Origin: a virus
Strand: one strand, 5' to 3'
Virus record (IMG/VR): IMGVR_UViG_3300002092_001378
Coordinates: 37,757 to 101,756 of that record
Length of the DNA stretch: 64,000 bases
In this document: piece after piece, positions 47,124-56,651 of the stretch
Layout: each line of letters opens with the position of its first letter
Numbering within the stretch: the first letter of the stretch is position 1
The notes under the pieces: generated by a model
What the model was told of the DNA's origin: nothing
The model's input: only the letters and a program-made list of their open reading frames with translations
Database searches by the model: none
Position numbers and translations under genes: made by a program

Positions 47124-47432
47124 ATGCGGGCTGCTGAGTTTATACAAAAACTTGTTAAGATGGTAGATGCTATGGATAAGCAGACAACTGCGGCTCCTCC
47201 ACAGCAGATCGTCATTAACATCAACGGTGGAACAGCCTCAGTAACAGATACTAATGCGATTAAACCATCTGGTGAACCAGTGAAGGATCCAGCTGATAGA
47301 AAAGGATCTGATGGCAAAGTCAAATGGACTCCTCCTCTACAACAACAATTAGATACGATTAAGACTGACGTAGCCAAGAATCAAGCAGATCCTGCTACCA
47401 TGGTGAATGATCCTGCAATCTTAGGACACTAA
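47124..47432 (+). CDS. Hypothetical protein
   Basis: 102 aa, MRAAEFI...PPLQQQLD, good SD. Confidence 0.7.
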   Translation: MRAAEFIQKLVKMVDAMDKQTTAAPPQQIVININGGTASVTDTNAIKPSGEPVKDPADRKGSDGKVKWTPPLQQQLDTIKTDVAKNQADPATMVNDPAILGH

Positions 47433-47433
47433 T

Positions 47434-48513
47434 ATGTCCCAGAAGTTCTATCAGGAACTAGTAACAAGCAGAAAGAACTACCCCGGCGGTGATGGGATAG
47501 TTGGACAAGTTGGTCGTCTATGGTTTGAAAACGAAACTAACAGTATTAGACTTAGCGATGGCGTTAGACCCGGCGGTCGTATTATTACCAATGGTGTTTG
47601 GTATAATGACAATACAAATAGCCTTATGTGGACTGATCCTGCGACTGATATTGAATATGTCATTGCATCAGCAGGTCCCAGAGCAGCAAATCAATTAACA
47701 AATGGCACTGTTTCTTTAACATTAAATGAAGATGGTTCAGTCTCATTCCCCAACTATACATTCCCTGCTGAAGATGGATTACCTGATCAAGTATTAGTAA
47801 CAGACGGCGCCGGGACATTAAGCTGGCGTGATCAAACAGGTGGTGGCGGTGGTGGCAACAGCAATGTATCCATCAGTGACACAGCACCTGTTAATCCTGC
47901 TGTTGGTGATTTATGGTATGATAGTACATCAGGTAGAACCTACATTTATTATGATGGGGTGTGGGTTGATTCCAATCCAACTGGCACAGCAAGAGTTACT
48001 ATCAGTGAAAATCCTCCTCGTCGTGCGACATTGGGTGACTTGTGGTATGACAGTGTAGGCGGCGTTACCTATCTTTATTATCAAAATCAATGGGTTGACT
48101 CGAACCCCATGGGTGATTTCAGAGTCAAAGTTGGAAGCACGGCGCCTAGAGTAGCAGTAACCGGTGACCTTTGGTATAACACCATTGAGCAAACAACTTA
48201 TGTTTATGTTGATGGCAATTGGACAAATACTAACCCAACAGCTCGAGGATTCAGTGGCGACTATAACGATTTAACTAACAAGCCAGTGCTGGCAAATGTT
48301 GCCACAAGCGGTAGTTATAATGATTTAGTGGACAAGCCAAATCTTGGTCCTGTTATAAATACATTAACGGACATCCCGGATGTCTATACAGGTGGAATGG
48401 GTATGCCAATGTTACAAGACGGTGTCACTTTAATTTATTCCGCAGGCATGACACGCTGGGAGACCAAACCAATTGATACAGCACAAATAAATCTTAATGG
48501 TGGAGAATATTAA
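47434..48513 (+). CDS. Fibre-like virion protein with GDLWYD repeats
   Basis: Three S..P....GDLWY....TY.Y....W..NP repeats, QVLVTDGAGTLSW, and SGDYNDL.NKP repeats. Confidence 0.7.
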   Translation: MSQKFYQELVTSRKNYPGGDGIVGQVGRLWFENETNSIRLSDGVRPGGRIITNGVWYNDNTNSLMWTDPATDIEYVIASAGPRAANQLTNGTVSLTLNEDGSVSFPNYTFPAEDGLPDQVLVTDGAGTLSWRDQTGGGGGGNSNVSISDTAPVNPAVGDLWYDSTSGRTYIYYDGVWVDSNPTGTARVTISENPPRRATLGDLWYDSVGGVTYLYYQNQWVDSNPMGDFRVKVGSTAPRVAVTGDLWYNTIEQTTYVYVDGNWTNTNPTARGFSGDYNDLTNKPVLANVATSGSYNDLVDKPNLGPVINTLTDIPDVYTGGMGMPMLQDGVTLIYSAGMTRWETKPIDTAQINLNGGEY

Positions 48514-50909
48514 TGTCAGCACCCGGTTCAATTATTAAAATTAAACGCTCGCCTAATGTAGGGTCGCCCGCTACACTAGCGCAAGGCGAAATGGCCTACA
48601 GTTATGCAGCAGGTGGTTATAATCTACTGGGTGATAGGTTGTTCATTGGTACAGGTACTGAGAGTGGCGGTGGCGATGCTGCAAATCACAGTGCCATCGG
48701 TGGACTTTACTATACAAGATTAATTGATGCTAGTTTGCCTGGAACACTTACTACCAATGCCAATAGCATTCCAGTTTTAAATTCATCTGGTAAGATTGAC
48801 AAGTGGTATGCTGGTAACACATACATTTATGACAGTGTAATTACAACTACTACCACCAATGGTAATTTAAGTCTTAATCCCAATGGTACTGGCATGGTTA
48901 AGATTGCTGACACTTGGACACTGCCTCGTAGTGCTGGTACAAACAATTACATTCTTAAGACTAATGGCAGTGATACTGCTACTTGGGCTGAACCAAAAAC
49001 ATATATTGGATCAACTGCTGTTAATCTGTTTAATTCAAGCGGCGATGTTAGTGCATTAAATTCTGTTAATTTGAACGGTGGTAATTATAGTGGAAATTAT
49101 GTAAAAGTTAGCGATGTTGGATTCGGCCCGGCACTTGGCACTACTAACAGTGATAGTGCTGTTCGTATTGAAACTGGCGCAAGTGGCACAGTCAATCATA
49201 CTTGGTCATTTAATGCCAATGGTTCTACTACATTCAATAGTGCCTATACCTTACCTGCTGCTGATGGTACCGGCGGATACATTTTAAAGACTTATGGTAA
49301 TGGTCAGGTATATTGGAGTTCAGCAACTGCTGCCCAAATTCAAAGTGACTGGACACAAACTGATACTGGTGCTGTAGATTATATTAAGAACAAGCCAAGT
49401 CTTGCTAGTGTTGCTACAAGTGGTGATTATAATGATCTATCTAATTTGCCAACATTATTCAGTGGCAGTTATACTGATTTAACTAACGCTCCAATGCTTG
49501 CTACTGTTGCTACTAGTGGTTTATATAGCGATCTAAGTGGCACACCAAGTCTAGCTGCTGTTGCTACAAGTGGTGACTACAATGATTTAATTAATAAGCC
49601 TGATACTGCTGCTTATCTCAATCTTACAGCTGACAGCGGTTCTTCCAATGTAAGTCTCATCACTGATACAATTGACTTTGTTGGTACAAATGGCATTAAT
49701 ACTGCTGTTGTTAAGGTTGGCACAACTGTATCAGTAACAACAAGTCTTTCAGCAGGTGGTATTACAAACGCCAGTCTAGCAAATAGTAATGTTACAATTG
49801 GTAGCACAACAGTAAATCTTGGTCAAACTGTAACTGCATTTGCTGGTCTTACAAGTTTACAAGTTGGCAACATTAAGATCTACAGTGATAATCAGATTAC
49901 ATCCACAGAAACAAATGGTAACATTAATCTAGTACCAAATGGTGGTACAGTTGATGTTAACAACACAAGAATTACAAGCGTTGCAACTCCATCCTATTCA
50001 ACTGATGCTGCAAACAAGTATTATGTTGATACTGTTGCAAGTGGTATGCATATCCACAGTCCTGCTATTGTGGCAACTAATGCTAACTTGGCAACACTGT
50101 CAGGTGGCACAGTTACATATAACAATGGTACCAGTGGTGTTGGTGCAACATTAACTTTAAGTGTTGCAATTAGTACAATTGATGGACAAAATTTTGGCAG
50201 TGACTTTACATCCGGCGACAGAATCTTAGTTAAGGATGAATCAACTGCTATTAATAATGGTATCTACACCATTAGTGCAAATGGTAAAGTACTAACTCGT
50301 GCAACAGATTTTAATACAACTACACTGGTGCATGGTGGCGATTTTGTGTTCATTGAAAAAGGGCATCTCTATGGATCTACAGGATGGGTACAAACTACTG
50401 ATGCGGTTACACTAGGAACTGATGCTATTGTATTCAGTCAGTTTGCTGGTCCTGGAACTTATACCAATGGCGCTGGACTAGATTTAAATGGTACACAATT
50501 TAGTGCGAATGTCAATAGTACAAGCGGCGGCATTGAAATTGTATCCAATCAGATACAGCTAAAGTCTACTATTGCTGGTAATGGTTTAACTTATTCCAGT
50601 GGTGTTGTAAATGTCGTTGGTACAAATAATAGAGTTGATGTATCAGCTGATGCAATTGATATTTCCAGCAACTATGTTGGTCAGACAAGCATCACAACAC
50701 TGGGTACAATTACAACTGGTACTTGGCATGGTGTCACTATTGGCAGTGGTTACGGTGGTACTGGTCTAACTACATATACTGCTGGTGACATACTTTATGC
50801 AAGTGCCACTAATACTTTAGCAAGTCTTGCCAAAGGTACTGACGGACAACTACTAACAATGGTTAGTGGTGTGCCCGCTTGGCAGAATCTAGATGGCGGA
50901 ACGTATTAA
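48513..50909 (+). CDS. Tail fibre-like protein
   Basis: IIKIKRS...PATLAQGEMAY N-terminus, QSDW....DYIKNKP, ATSGDYNDL-type repeats, DAANKYYVD, GDRILVKD...NGIY...LTRATDF, ends LDGGTY. Confidence 0.8.
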   Translation: MSAPGSIIKIKRSPNVGSPATLAQGEMAYSYAAGGYNLLGDRLFIGTGTESGGGDAANHSAIGGLYYTRLIDASLPGTLTTNANSIPVLNSSGKIDKWYAGNTYIYDSVITTTTTNGNLSLNPNGTGMVKIADTWTLPRSAGTNNYILKTNGSDTATWAEPKTYIGSTAVNLFNSSGDVSALNSVNLNGGNYSGNYVKVSDVGFGPALGTTNSDSAVRIETGASGTVNHTWSFNANGSTTFNSAYTLPAADGTGGYILKTYGNGQVYWSSATAAQIQSDWTQTDTGAVDYIKNKPSLASVATSGDYNDLSNLPTLFSGSYTDLTNAPMLATVATSGLYSDLSGTPSLAAVATSGDYNDLINKPDTAAYLNLTADSGSSNVSLITDTIDFVGTNGINTAVVKVGTTVSVTTSLSAGGITNASLANSNVTIGSTTVNLGQTVTAFAGLTSLQVGNIKIYSDNQITSTETNGNINLVPNGGTVDVNNTRITSVATPSYSTDAANKYYVDTVASGMHIHSPAIVATNANLATLSGGTVTYNNGTSGVGATLTLSVAISTIDGQNFGSDFTSGDRILVKDESTAINNGIYTISANGKVLTRATDFNTTTLVHGGDFVFIEKGHLYGSTGWVQTTDAVTLGTDAIVFSQFAGPGTYTNGAGLDLNGTQFSANVNSTSGGIEIVSNQIQLKSTIAGNGLTYSSGVVNVVGTNNRVDVSADAIDISSNYVGQTSITTLGTITTGTWHGVTIGSGYGGTGLTTYTAGDILYASATNTLASLAKGTDGQLLTMVSGVPAWQNLDGGTY

Positions 50910-50913
50910 ACCA

Positions 50914-50919
50914 TAAATA
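50914..50919 (+). promoter_or_regulatory. TAAATA late-promoter-like motif
   Basis: Intergenic, upstream of 50941. Confidence 0.6.
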
Positions 50920-50940
50920 TAACGTCGTTAAAGGCGTTAT

Positions 50941-51927
50941 ATGTCATCTACCATTAAATTAAGACGCAGTGATCAAGCGGGAAATGTTCCGCTTGTTGGT
51001 AATTTAGCCACTGGTGAGGTAGCACTCAACACTGCTGACGGTAAACTATTCTTTAAGAAAACAGTTGGCGGTGTTGACAGCATTGTTGCTATTCAACAGG
51101 TTAATGCTGGTATTGGTGTTGACATTGACACTGCCGGCAATATTAATATTGGCCAGGATGTCAGTACTACAGCATCTACTACATTTGGCAATTTAACTGT
51201 AACCAATAATTTAAAAACCAGTACAATAACTGACAGTTTAAATTCTATTGGATCCAATTATCAAGTATTAACATCCACTGGGTCTGGGTTACGTTGGAGA
51301 ACTCAAAGTGGCGGTGGTGGTGCTGGACTTACTGTAAGAAATACGCTGGGTGCTAATGGTACTGTTTCAACAGAAGTAACTGACGTTACTGGTATTAATT
51401 TTGATTTTAATACCGGTATGAAAATTGATGATCAAGGCGATGGTAATGTATTCGTCAGTCTTGGTTCAAGTTTCAAAACAATTAAAGTTGCTGGACAAAG
51501 TGATGTCATTGCACTGGGTGAAGATACACTTGAGCTTATTGCAGGATCTGGCATTGCGCTATCCACCCATCCCACTGCAACAAAATCAATTACAATTTCA
51601 ACTACAGGCAGCAGTGCGCCAATTAAAACATTTAATATACTTGGTGATTTTGGTCTGCTAACTGGAACAGCACGTTTTTACCCTGTGCAACAAGATACTA
51701 TTAAATCAATCATTATGAGTGTAGCAGGTATTGTGCAACAGGATCTAATGGTTGGCTTATATCGCAATAATCAATTTTTACAATTCTTTACTATAACTGC
51801 TGGCACAAACTATGCCAAATATAGTAATTTAAACTATATCGTACAAACAGATGAATCCTATACAGTTAATGTTGTAGCCGGCAATGCCACGAATTTATCC
51901 ATGGCCCTGTTCAATATCAATCTGTAA
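50941..51927 (+). CDS. Fibre-like virion protein
   Basis: IKLRRS...P....GEVALNTADGKLFFK N-terminus related to that of 48513, QVLTSTGSG..W, FKTIKVAGQSDVIA. Confidence 0.72.
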   Translation: MSSTIKLRRSDQAGNVPLVGNLATGEVALNTADGKLFFKKTVGGVDSIVAIQQVNAGIGVDIDTAGNINIGQDVSTTASTTFGNLTVTNNLKTSTITDSLNSIGSNYQVLTSTGSGLRWRTQSGGGGAGLTVRNTLGANGTVSTEVTDVTGINFDFNTGMKIDDQGDGNVFVSLGSSFKTIKVAGQSDVIALGEDTLELIAGSGIALSTHPTATKSITISTTGSSAPIKTFNILGDFGLLTGTARFYPVQQDTIKSIIMSVAGIVQQDLMVGLYRNNQFLQFFTITAGTNYAKYSNLNYIVQTDESYTVNVVAGNATNLSMALFNINL

Positions 51928-51939
51928 TTTGGTTCGCTG

Positions 51940-51947
51940 TATAAATA
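51940..51947 (+). promoter_or_regulatory. TATAAATA, exact T4-type late promoter consensus
   Basis: Upstream of SD GAGGAG and ATG 51986. Confidence 0.7.
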
Positions 51948-51985
51948 TACTAAACAAGCAGCATTCTGTCTGAGGAGATTTATTA

Positions 51986-54900
51986 ATGGCAACGCTTAAC
52001 GAACTTGGAAGAAATAGTTCTTCGGTAACATACGGTCCATACGCAACTGGGCAGGATCTATTTCCCACATTACAAGCTGTAGATACATGGTTTAGAAACG
52101 ATACTTGGCAGGGTACTGCTACAGCTGCCAGCACTACTTTAACTGGTACTGGTACGATTTGGACTACTCAGGCACGTGCAGGTGATTATATCATGGTAGC
52201 TGGTCAACAGCGTATCGTTGCTGCTGTTGCTTCTGATACTTCAATGACCGTGACAGTTGCTTTTAACCCAGCAATTACTGTAGCAAGCTTGGTACGTGTA
52301 GTAAGCAGTGTCCAGACCACTCAGACAGCTGGTTACGTAAGCTATATTGCCAGAGGTTCAACCAACGGTGTTGTTTCAACAACTGCTGGTTCTGCTACTA
52401 TTACAGGCGTTGGCACATACTTCCTTGCAGAAGCAACTAACTCAGTTGCCACAACAGCAATGACTGGTACGGTTGCCATTGATACTAACGGTACAATTAC
52501 TGGTACTTCAACAGTATTCTCTACTGGTGCTCCAACTAACAACAGCTTGTATCCAGGTGATAGCATTGCTGTTACTGCAAACGGTGCTATTTTTTACTTC
52601 ACTATTGCTACAGTAGCCAGCGATACTAGTGCTACTGTTACAATTCCTCCAACAACTGCTATTGCAAGTAGTGCTACCATTGCCAAGGCAACCAATGGCG
52701 TAACTGGTCGTTCAATTCAGATTAACGGACGTACCAGAACAATTACTGCCATTTCAAGCAATACTTCAATGACAGTTAACTACGCAATGGATTTCACCGA
52801 TAGTGCAATGCGCTATAAGGTCTATCCTCGTGGAACAGTTTCAAACGCCAGTGCTGCAAACGGTACATTATATGGTACAACTTCAGCAACTGCATCAAAC
52901 TCTACTACATTAGCAATTGCTGCTACTGTAACTGGTCAGATTATGCCAGGTATGTTAATTTACGGCGCTGTTGGTACTATCCCAGCAAATACACTTATCA
53001 CTAACCAACAGTTTGCTTCTGGTGCTGCTACTGTATCAACATCATCGACTGGCACTATTGGACAGAATACACTAACAGTTACATCGGCTACTAGCATTGC
53101 AGTTGGGCAGCTTGTACAAGGTAACGGTGCTGCACTTGCTGGCATTCCTGCTGGTACTTACGTTGTATCAATCAGTGGTACTAGTGTTGTAATCAGTCAG
53201 AATCTAGTTGCTGGTTGGACCAACACTACTGTTTACTTCTACACTCCAGGCGGCGCAGGTACTTATACAACTAACAATGCTACTACACTCAGTGCTGCTC
53301 AGATTTACTTCAGCGCAATACAGGCAACTGGTGCTAACTGGTTTTGGGATCTAGGTTATAATAATATTAACTCAACAACTTATACTCCATTCATGTATCA
53401 GACAAGTCAATTGGATCAGGTATGGTTTGGTGACGAAGTTAGAACATTGAATTTCAGCACATATTCGGGTGCATTGACAACAACTAATACATTATACGCT
53501 TATACAACTGACTACACTGGCTTCAGTGGTACAGCAATTGGCGCAGTGCGTCAATTAATGTATTTGCAACCATTTAGACGTGAAGATTCCTATATTAACA
53601 TGAACGTATACGGCACTGCGGCTGCTGCACTTTCAGACTTGCGTGTTGGTGACGACTTAATCATTGACGGCACTGAAGTAACAGTCACAGCATTGGTCAG
53701 CAATACACAGTTTAAGGTTGATAAAGACTTTACTCACACTACTGCTAACAACTCAGGTGGTACTGCTACTGCTTCTACTACACAAGCAAGCGGCGGCGCT
53801 CCTGCTGCAACTACTTTCGTTGTATCTAGTGCTTCAAACATTACCATTGGGCAGCTAGTAACTGGTACAGGTCTTGCTCAAGGTACATATGTAACTAATA
53901 TCTCATCAACTACCGTAACAGTAAGCAATGCATTCACTGTTCAAGCAACTGGTACATACAACTTCTATAACGGCACTTCATTCTACAAGAAGCTAAAGCT
54001 ACATGGTTATACATTGGAAGGTACTCGTGAAGGTGGTATTGGGTTCAATGCTCCAACTAGTCAGATGCCAGTTTATACAACCAGTGCTACTGGTTCTACT
54101 ACTAACTTAACTGTAGCAGCAACATTGACTGGTACTATTTTACCAGGTATGCAGATATTACCAACTGGTGCTACCGGTATCTATGCTCCAGCTACTACAA
54201 TCTCTGGTTTAACATACATTACCAACCAACAGTATTCAACTGCTACTCCTACTATTAATAATACCTCTTGCGCTGGCACAGTTGGTTCTAACATTATTAC
54301 AACATCAGGTACACAGACTGGTACTATTACAGTTGGTATGATTGTAACTGGTAACAACGCCGCAGTCACTGGTATCCCACCAAGCACATATGTTCTTAAC
54401 ATTACTGGTACATCACCTAACTTTACCATTACACTAAGCAATAACATTACCACTGGTTATACAACTGGTACACTTTACTTCATTGCTCCAGGTGGTATTG
54501 GTGTTTACACTACTTCATCAGCAACTACAATCTCAGCTACCAACCTTGGCTTTATTATGCCACAGACTGGTAAGTTTACTCAGTCAACAACAATGTTTGC
54601 AACTGCTGGTACATCTTACCCAATTGGCACACAGTCAATTGTTGTTGCTACTGCTCCAACGATTGGTCAGTATAACTTTGTTAAGATCAGTGGTGCAGGT
54701 GGTCCTGCAATCCCACTAAGTGGTCAGGTAACTTATGTTTCAACATTTGTTAATGGTGCTAACACTGCATTTACAACACAGCTACACATTGGTGCTGAAA
54801 TTGTTGTTGGTGGTCAGTATCTAACTGTTGTCAATATTATCAGTGATACACAGTTGATTGTAGCACAGAACGCAGGTTCTTTCCCAATCCAGTATCTAAC

Positions 54901-56590
54901 TCCAATTTACAGAAGTGTTCCACTTTACACTTATGCAATTTCAACTTCATCAACTACTATCAATTTAGCCACTCCAATCAAGAACAACCTGTACTCAACA
55001 CAGGCTAACCCACCAATGGTATATTTCCCATCAACTGGCGCGGACTTCTTAGAGTATGTGTATAGTTCAACTAACTACAGTGCAGAACAGGGCACAACAA
55101 CTCTAAGAAATCAGTCACTTGATCGTAAGTATGTTGGTTTTAGAATCTGGCCTCTATTCCAGAGCACTAATGCTGCTCCAACTAATACTAGTGCTATCGC
55201 AAGTGCGTTCGGTGCATATGCAACTCCAGTATATGAGCGTTGGGCTGCAAGTTATGGACTAGCACATGGTGTTGGTATCAACCAAGCTGATATGAGTGGT
55301 GGCACAATGATGTGGGGTTACCAATCAACTACTACTCAAACTACAATTATGCCAGTTGCAGGATCACTTACAGCAGCAACTACAGGTGGTATGGGTATTC
55401 AAGGTCTAGCATCTGGTTATCCAAATCCTGTAACAGCAGTAACAGCAAGCACTATAATGGGCAGTGCTAACTCCTCATACACTGTAACAACATCTACTAT
55501 TGGTGCAATTGGTACTCCAGCCCCAATTTGCGCAAGTTTGTATGGTGTTTATGACATTACAGCAATGACACAGATTTCAGGTGGCACATTGTTCTTGTTT
55601 GGTACTAATCGCTACTTTGCAATACAGGGTAGAAGCAGTGCCAACATTCAGACACAGTGGGTAGGTTGCTTGGAATTTGAACGTGCGCAGCCAGAAGATG
55701 CCAGCACTGGTCTTGGATCAACAAGCGGTGTTACATTTGGTGGTACACAGTATGGTGGTCTACAGTTGGCACAAGGTGCTGCTCCACCATCAACTTCTGG
55801 TACACCGGGCTTCAACCAGACAATTCAGTTTACTTCAGGCGTTGCTCCTTGGCCTTGCTTTGCTTACTTTAACGGCAACAGAATGCCAACAGGCGCACAA
55901 CAGATTCCAACTCTACCCAACTTAGGCACTGCAAACTATCCAGTGCATGGTTGTGTATTAAGTTGCCCAAGAGTTCGCAACTCAGCAGGCGACTTGGTTG
56001 GATTTAATGCTCACATTTACTCAGCACTAACCGTAACAACTGGACGTTGGGGACATATAATGGAAATAGGAAACTATGGAACTTATACTCCAGCATATAC
56101 TAACGCCAACGTAACTGCTACTTCCAACACATTAACTAACATTGCCAACGCTATTCCGCAGATACACATGGGACAGATTATTCCTGTGTATACTAACGTG
56201 TATAACAGCAAGCGTTTCATGTTTAGTCCAGTTGTTGTGCTTGGTCCAGCATATGATCCTGACGTAAGAGGTCGTATATATGGATTGAAGGTATTACCAA
56301 GTGCATTGGGAACTTTGATGGATACTGTGTCAATTACTACTGATGGTAGCTATTTCTACAACACTAGCTTCTCAGCAGTTGATCACTGGGTATTAACTAC
56401 ACCTCCGGCAGCAGTAGTATATGCAAGTGCGTATCCTGGGCAGTCGACTGTAGTAACCAACCGTTGGACATTGACTCAGAATACTCCTCAGATTCAGCAG
56501 TCATGGAGAAGCTTGGAAGATACTGGCACACAGTCATCATCTACTTCTACTACATTCACTAATAACTTCCGCTTTGCGTTGCCAGCTTAA
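51986..56590 (+). CDS. Large Thr/Gly-rich virion protein (fibre/spike-like), 1534 aa
   Basis: Repeated TGTGT.F....GD.I and G..V.G..IP..TY...I beta modules. Flanked by a late promoter, strong SD and a downstream terminator. Confidence 0.75.
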   Translation: MATLNELGRNSSSVTYGPYATGQDLFPTLQAVDTWFRNDTWQGTATAASTTLTGTGTIWTTQARAGDYIMVAGQQRIVAAVASDTSMTVTVAFNPAITVASLVRVVSSVQTTQTAGYVSYIARGSTNGVVSTTAGSATITGVGTYFLAEATNSVATTAMTGTVAIDTNGTITGTSTVFSTGAPTNNSLYPGDSIAVTANGAIFYFTIATVASDTSATVTIPPTTAIASSATIAKATNGVTGRSIQINGRTRTITAISSNTSMTVNYAMDFTDSAMRYKVYPRGTVSNASAANGTLYGTTSATASNSTTLAIAATVTGQIMPGMLIYGAVGTIPANTLITNQQFASGAATVSTSSTGTIGQNTLTVTSATSIAVGQLVQGNGAALAGIPAGTYVVSISGTSVVISQNLVAGWTNTTVYFYTPGGAGTYTTNNATTLSAAQIYFSAIQATGANWFWDLGYNNINSTTYTPFMYQTSQLDQVWFGDEVRTLNFSTYSGALTTTNTLYAYTTDYTGFSGTAIGAVRQLMYLQPFRREDSYINMNVYGTAAAALSDLRVGDDLIIDGTEVTVTALVSNTQFKVDKDFTHTTANNSGGTATASTTQASGGAPAATTFVVSSASNITIGQLVTGTGLAQGTYVTNISSTTVTVSNAFTVQATGTYNFYNGTSFYKKLKLHGYTLEGTREGGIGFNAPTSQMPVYTTSATGSTTNLTVAATLTGTILPGMQILPTGATGIYAPATTISGLTYITNQQYSTATPTINNTSCAGTVGSNIITTSGTQTGTITVGMIVTGNNAAVTGIPPSTYVLNITGTSPNFTITLSNNITTGYTTGTLYFIAPGGIGVYTTSSATTISATNLGFIMPQTGKFTQSTTMFATAGTSYPIGTQSIVVATAPTIGQYNFVKISGAGGPAIPLSGQVTYVSTFVNGANTAFTTQLHIGAEIVVGGQYLTVVNIISDTQLIVAQNAGSFPIQYLTPIYRSVPLYTYAISTSSTTINLATPIKNNLYSTQANPPMVYFPSTGADFLEYVYSSTNYSAEQGTTTLRNQSLDRKYVGFRIWPLFQSTNAAPTNTSAIASAFGAYATPVYERWAASYGLAHGVGINQADMSGGTMMWGYQSTTTQTTIMPVAGSLTAATTGGMGIQGLASGYPNPVTAVTASTIMGSANSSYTVTTSTIGAIGTPAPICASLYGVYDITAMTQISGGTLFLFGTNRYFAIQGRSSANIQTQWVGCLEFERAQPEDASTGLGSTSGVTFGGTQYGGLQLAQGAAPPSTSGTPGFNQTIQFTSGVAPWPCFAYFNGNRMPTGAQQIPTLPNLGTANYPVHGCVLSCPRVRNSAGDLVGFNAHIYSALTVTTGRWGHIMEIGNYGTYTPAYTNANVTATSNTLTNIANAIPQIHMGQIIPVYTNVYNSKRFMFSPVVVLGPAYDPDVRGRIYGLKVLPSALGTLMDTVSITTDGSYFYNTSFSAVDHWVLTTPPAAVVYASAYPGQSTVVTNRWTLTQNTPQIQQSWRSLEDTGTQSSSTSTTFTNNFRFALPA

Positions 56591-56601
56591 TAAAAGACTA
56601 A

Positions 56602-56636
56602 GAAAAACGGCTACTTTAAAATAGTAGCCGTTTTTC
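56602..56636. terminator. Intrinsic terminator hairpin (potentially bidirectional)
   Basis: GAAAAACGGCTACT-TTAAAAT-AGTAGCCGTTTTTC is a perfect 14-bp inverted repeat with A and T tracts, just after stop 56590. Confidence 0.85.
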
Positions 56637-56640
56637 AAGG

Positions 56641-56646
56641 TAAATA
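56641..56646 (+). promoter_or_regulatory. TAAATA late-promoter-like motif
   Basis: Immediately after the terminator, 5 nt before ATG 56652. Confidence 0.6.
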
Positions 56647-56651
56647 TTAAT

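Noticed and set aside
47434-51927. Diversity-generating retroelement suggested by Mtd-like fibre N-termini
   Set aside because: No reverse transcriptase and no template/variable repeat pair with adenine-specific mismatches were seen.
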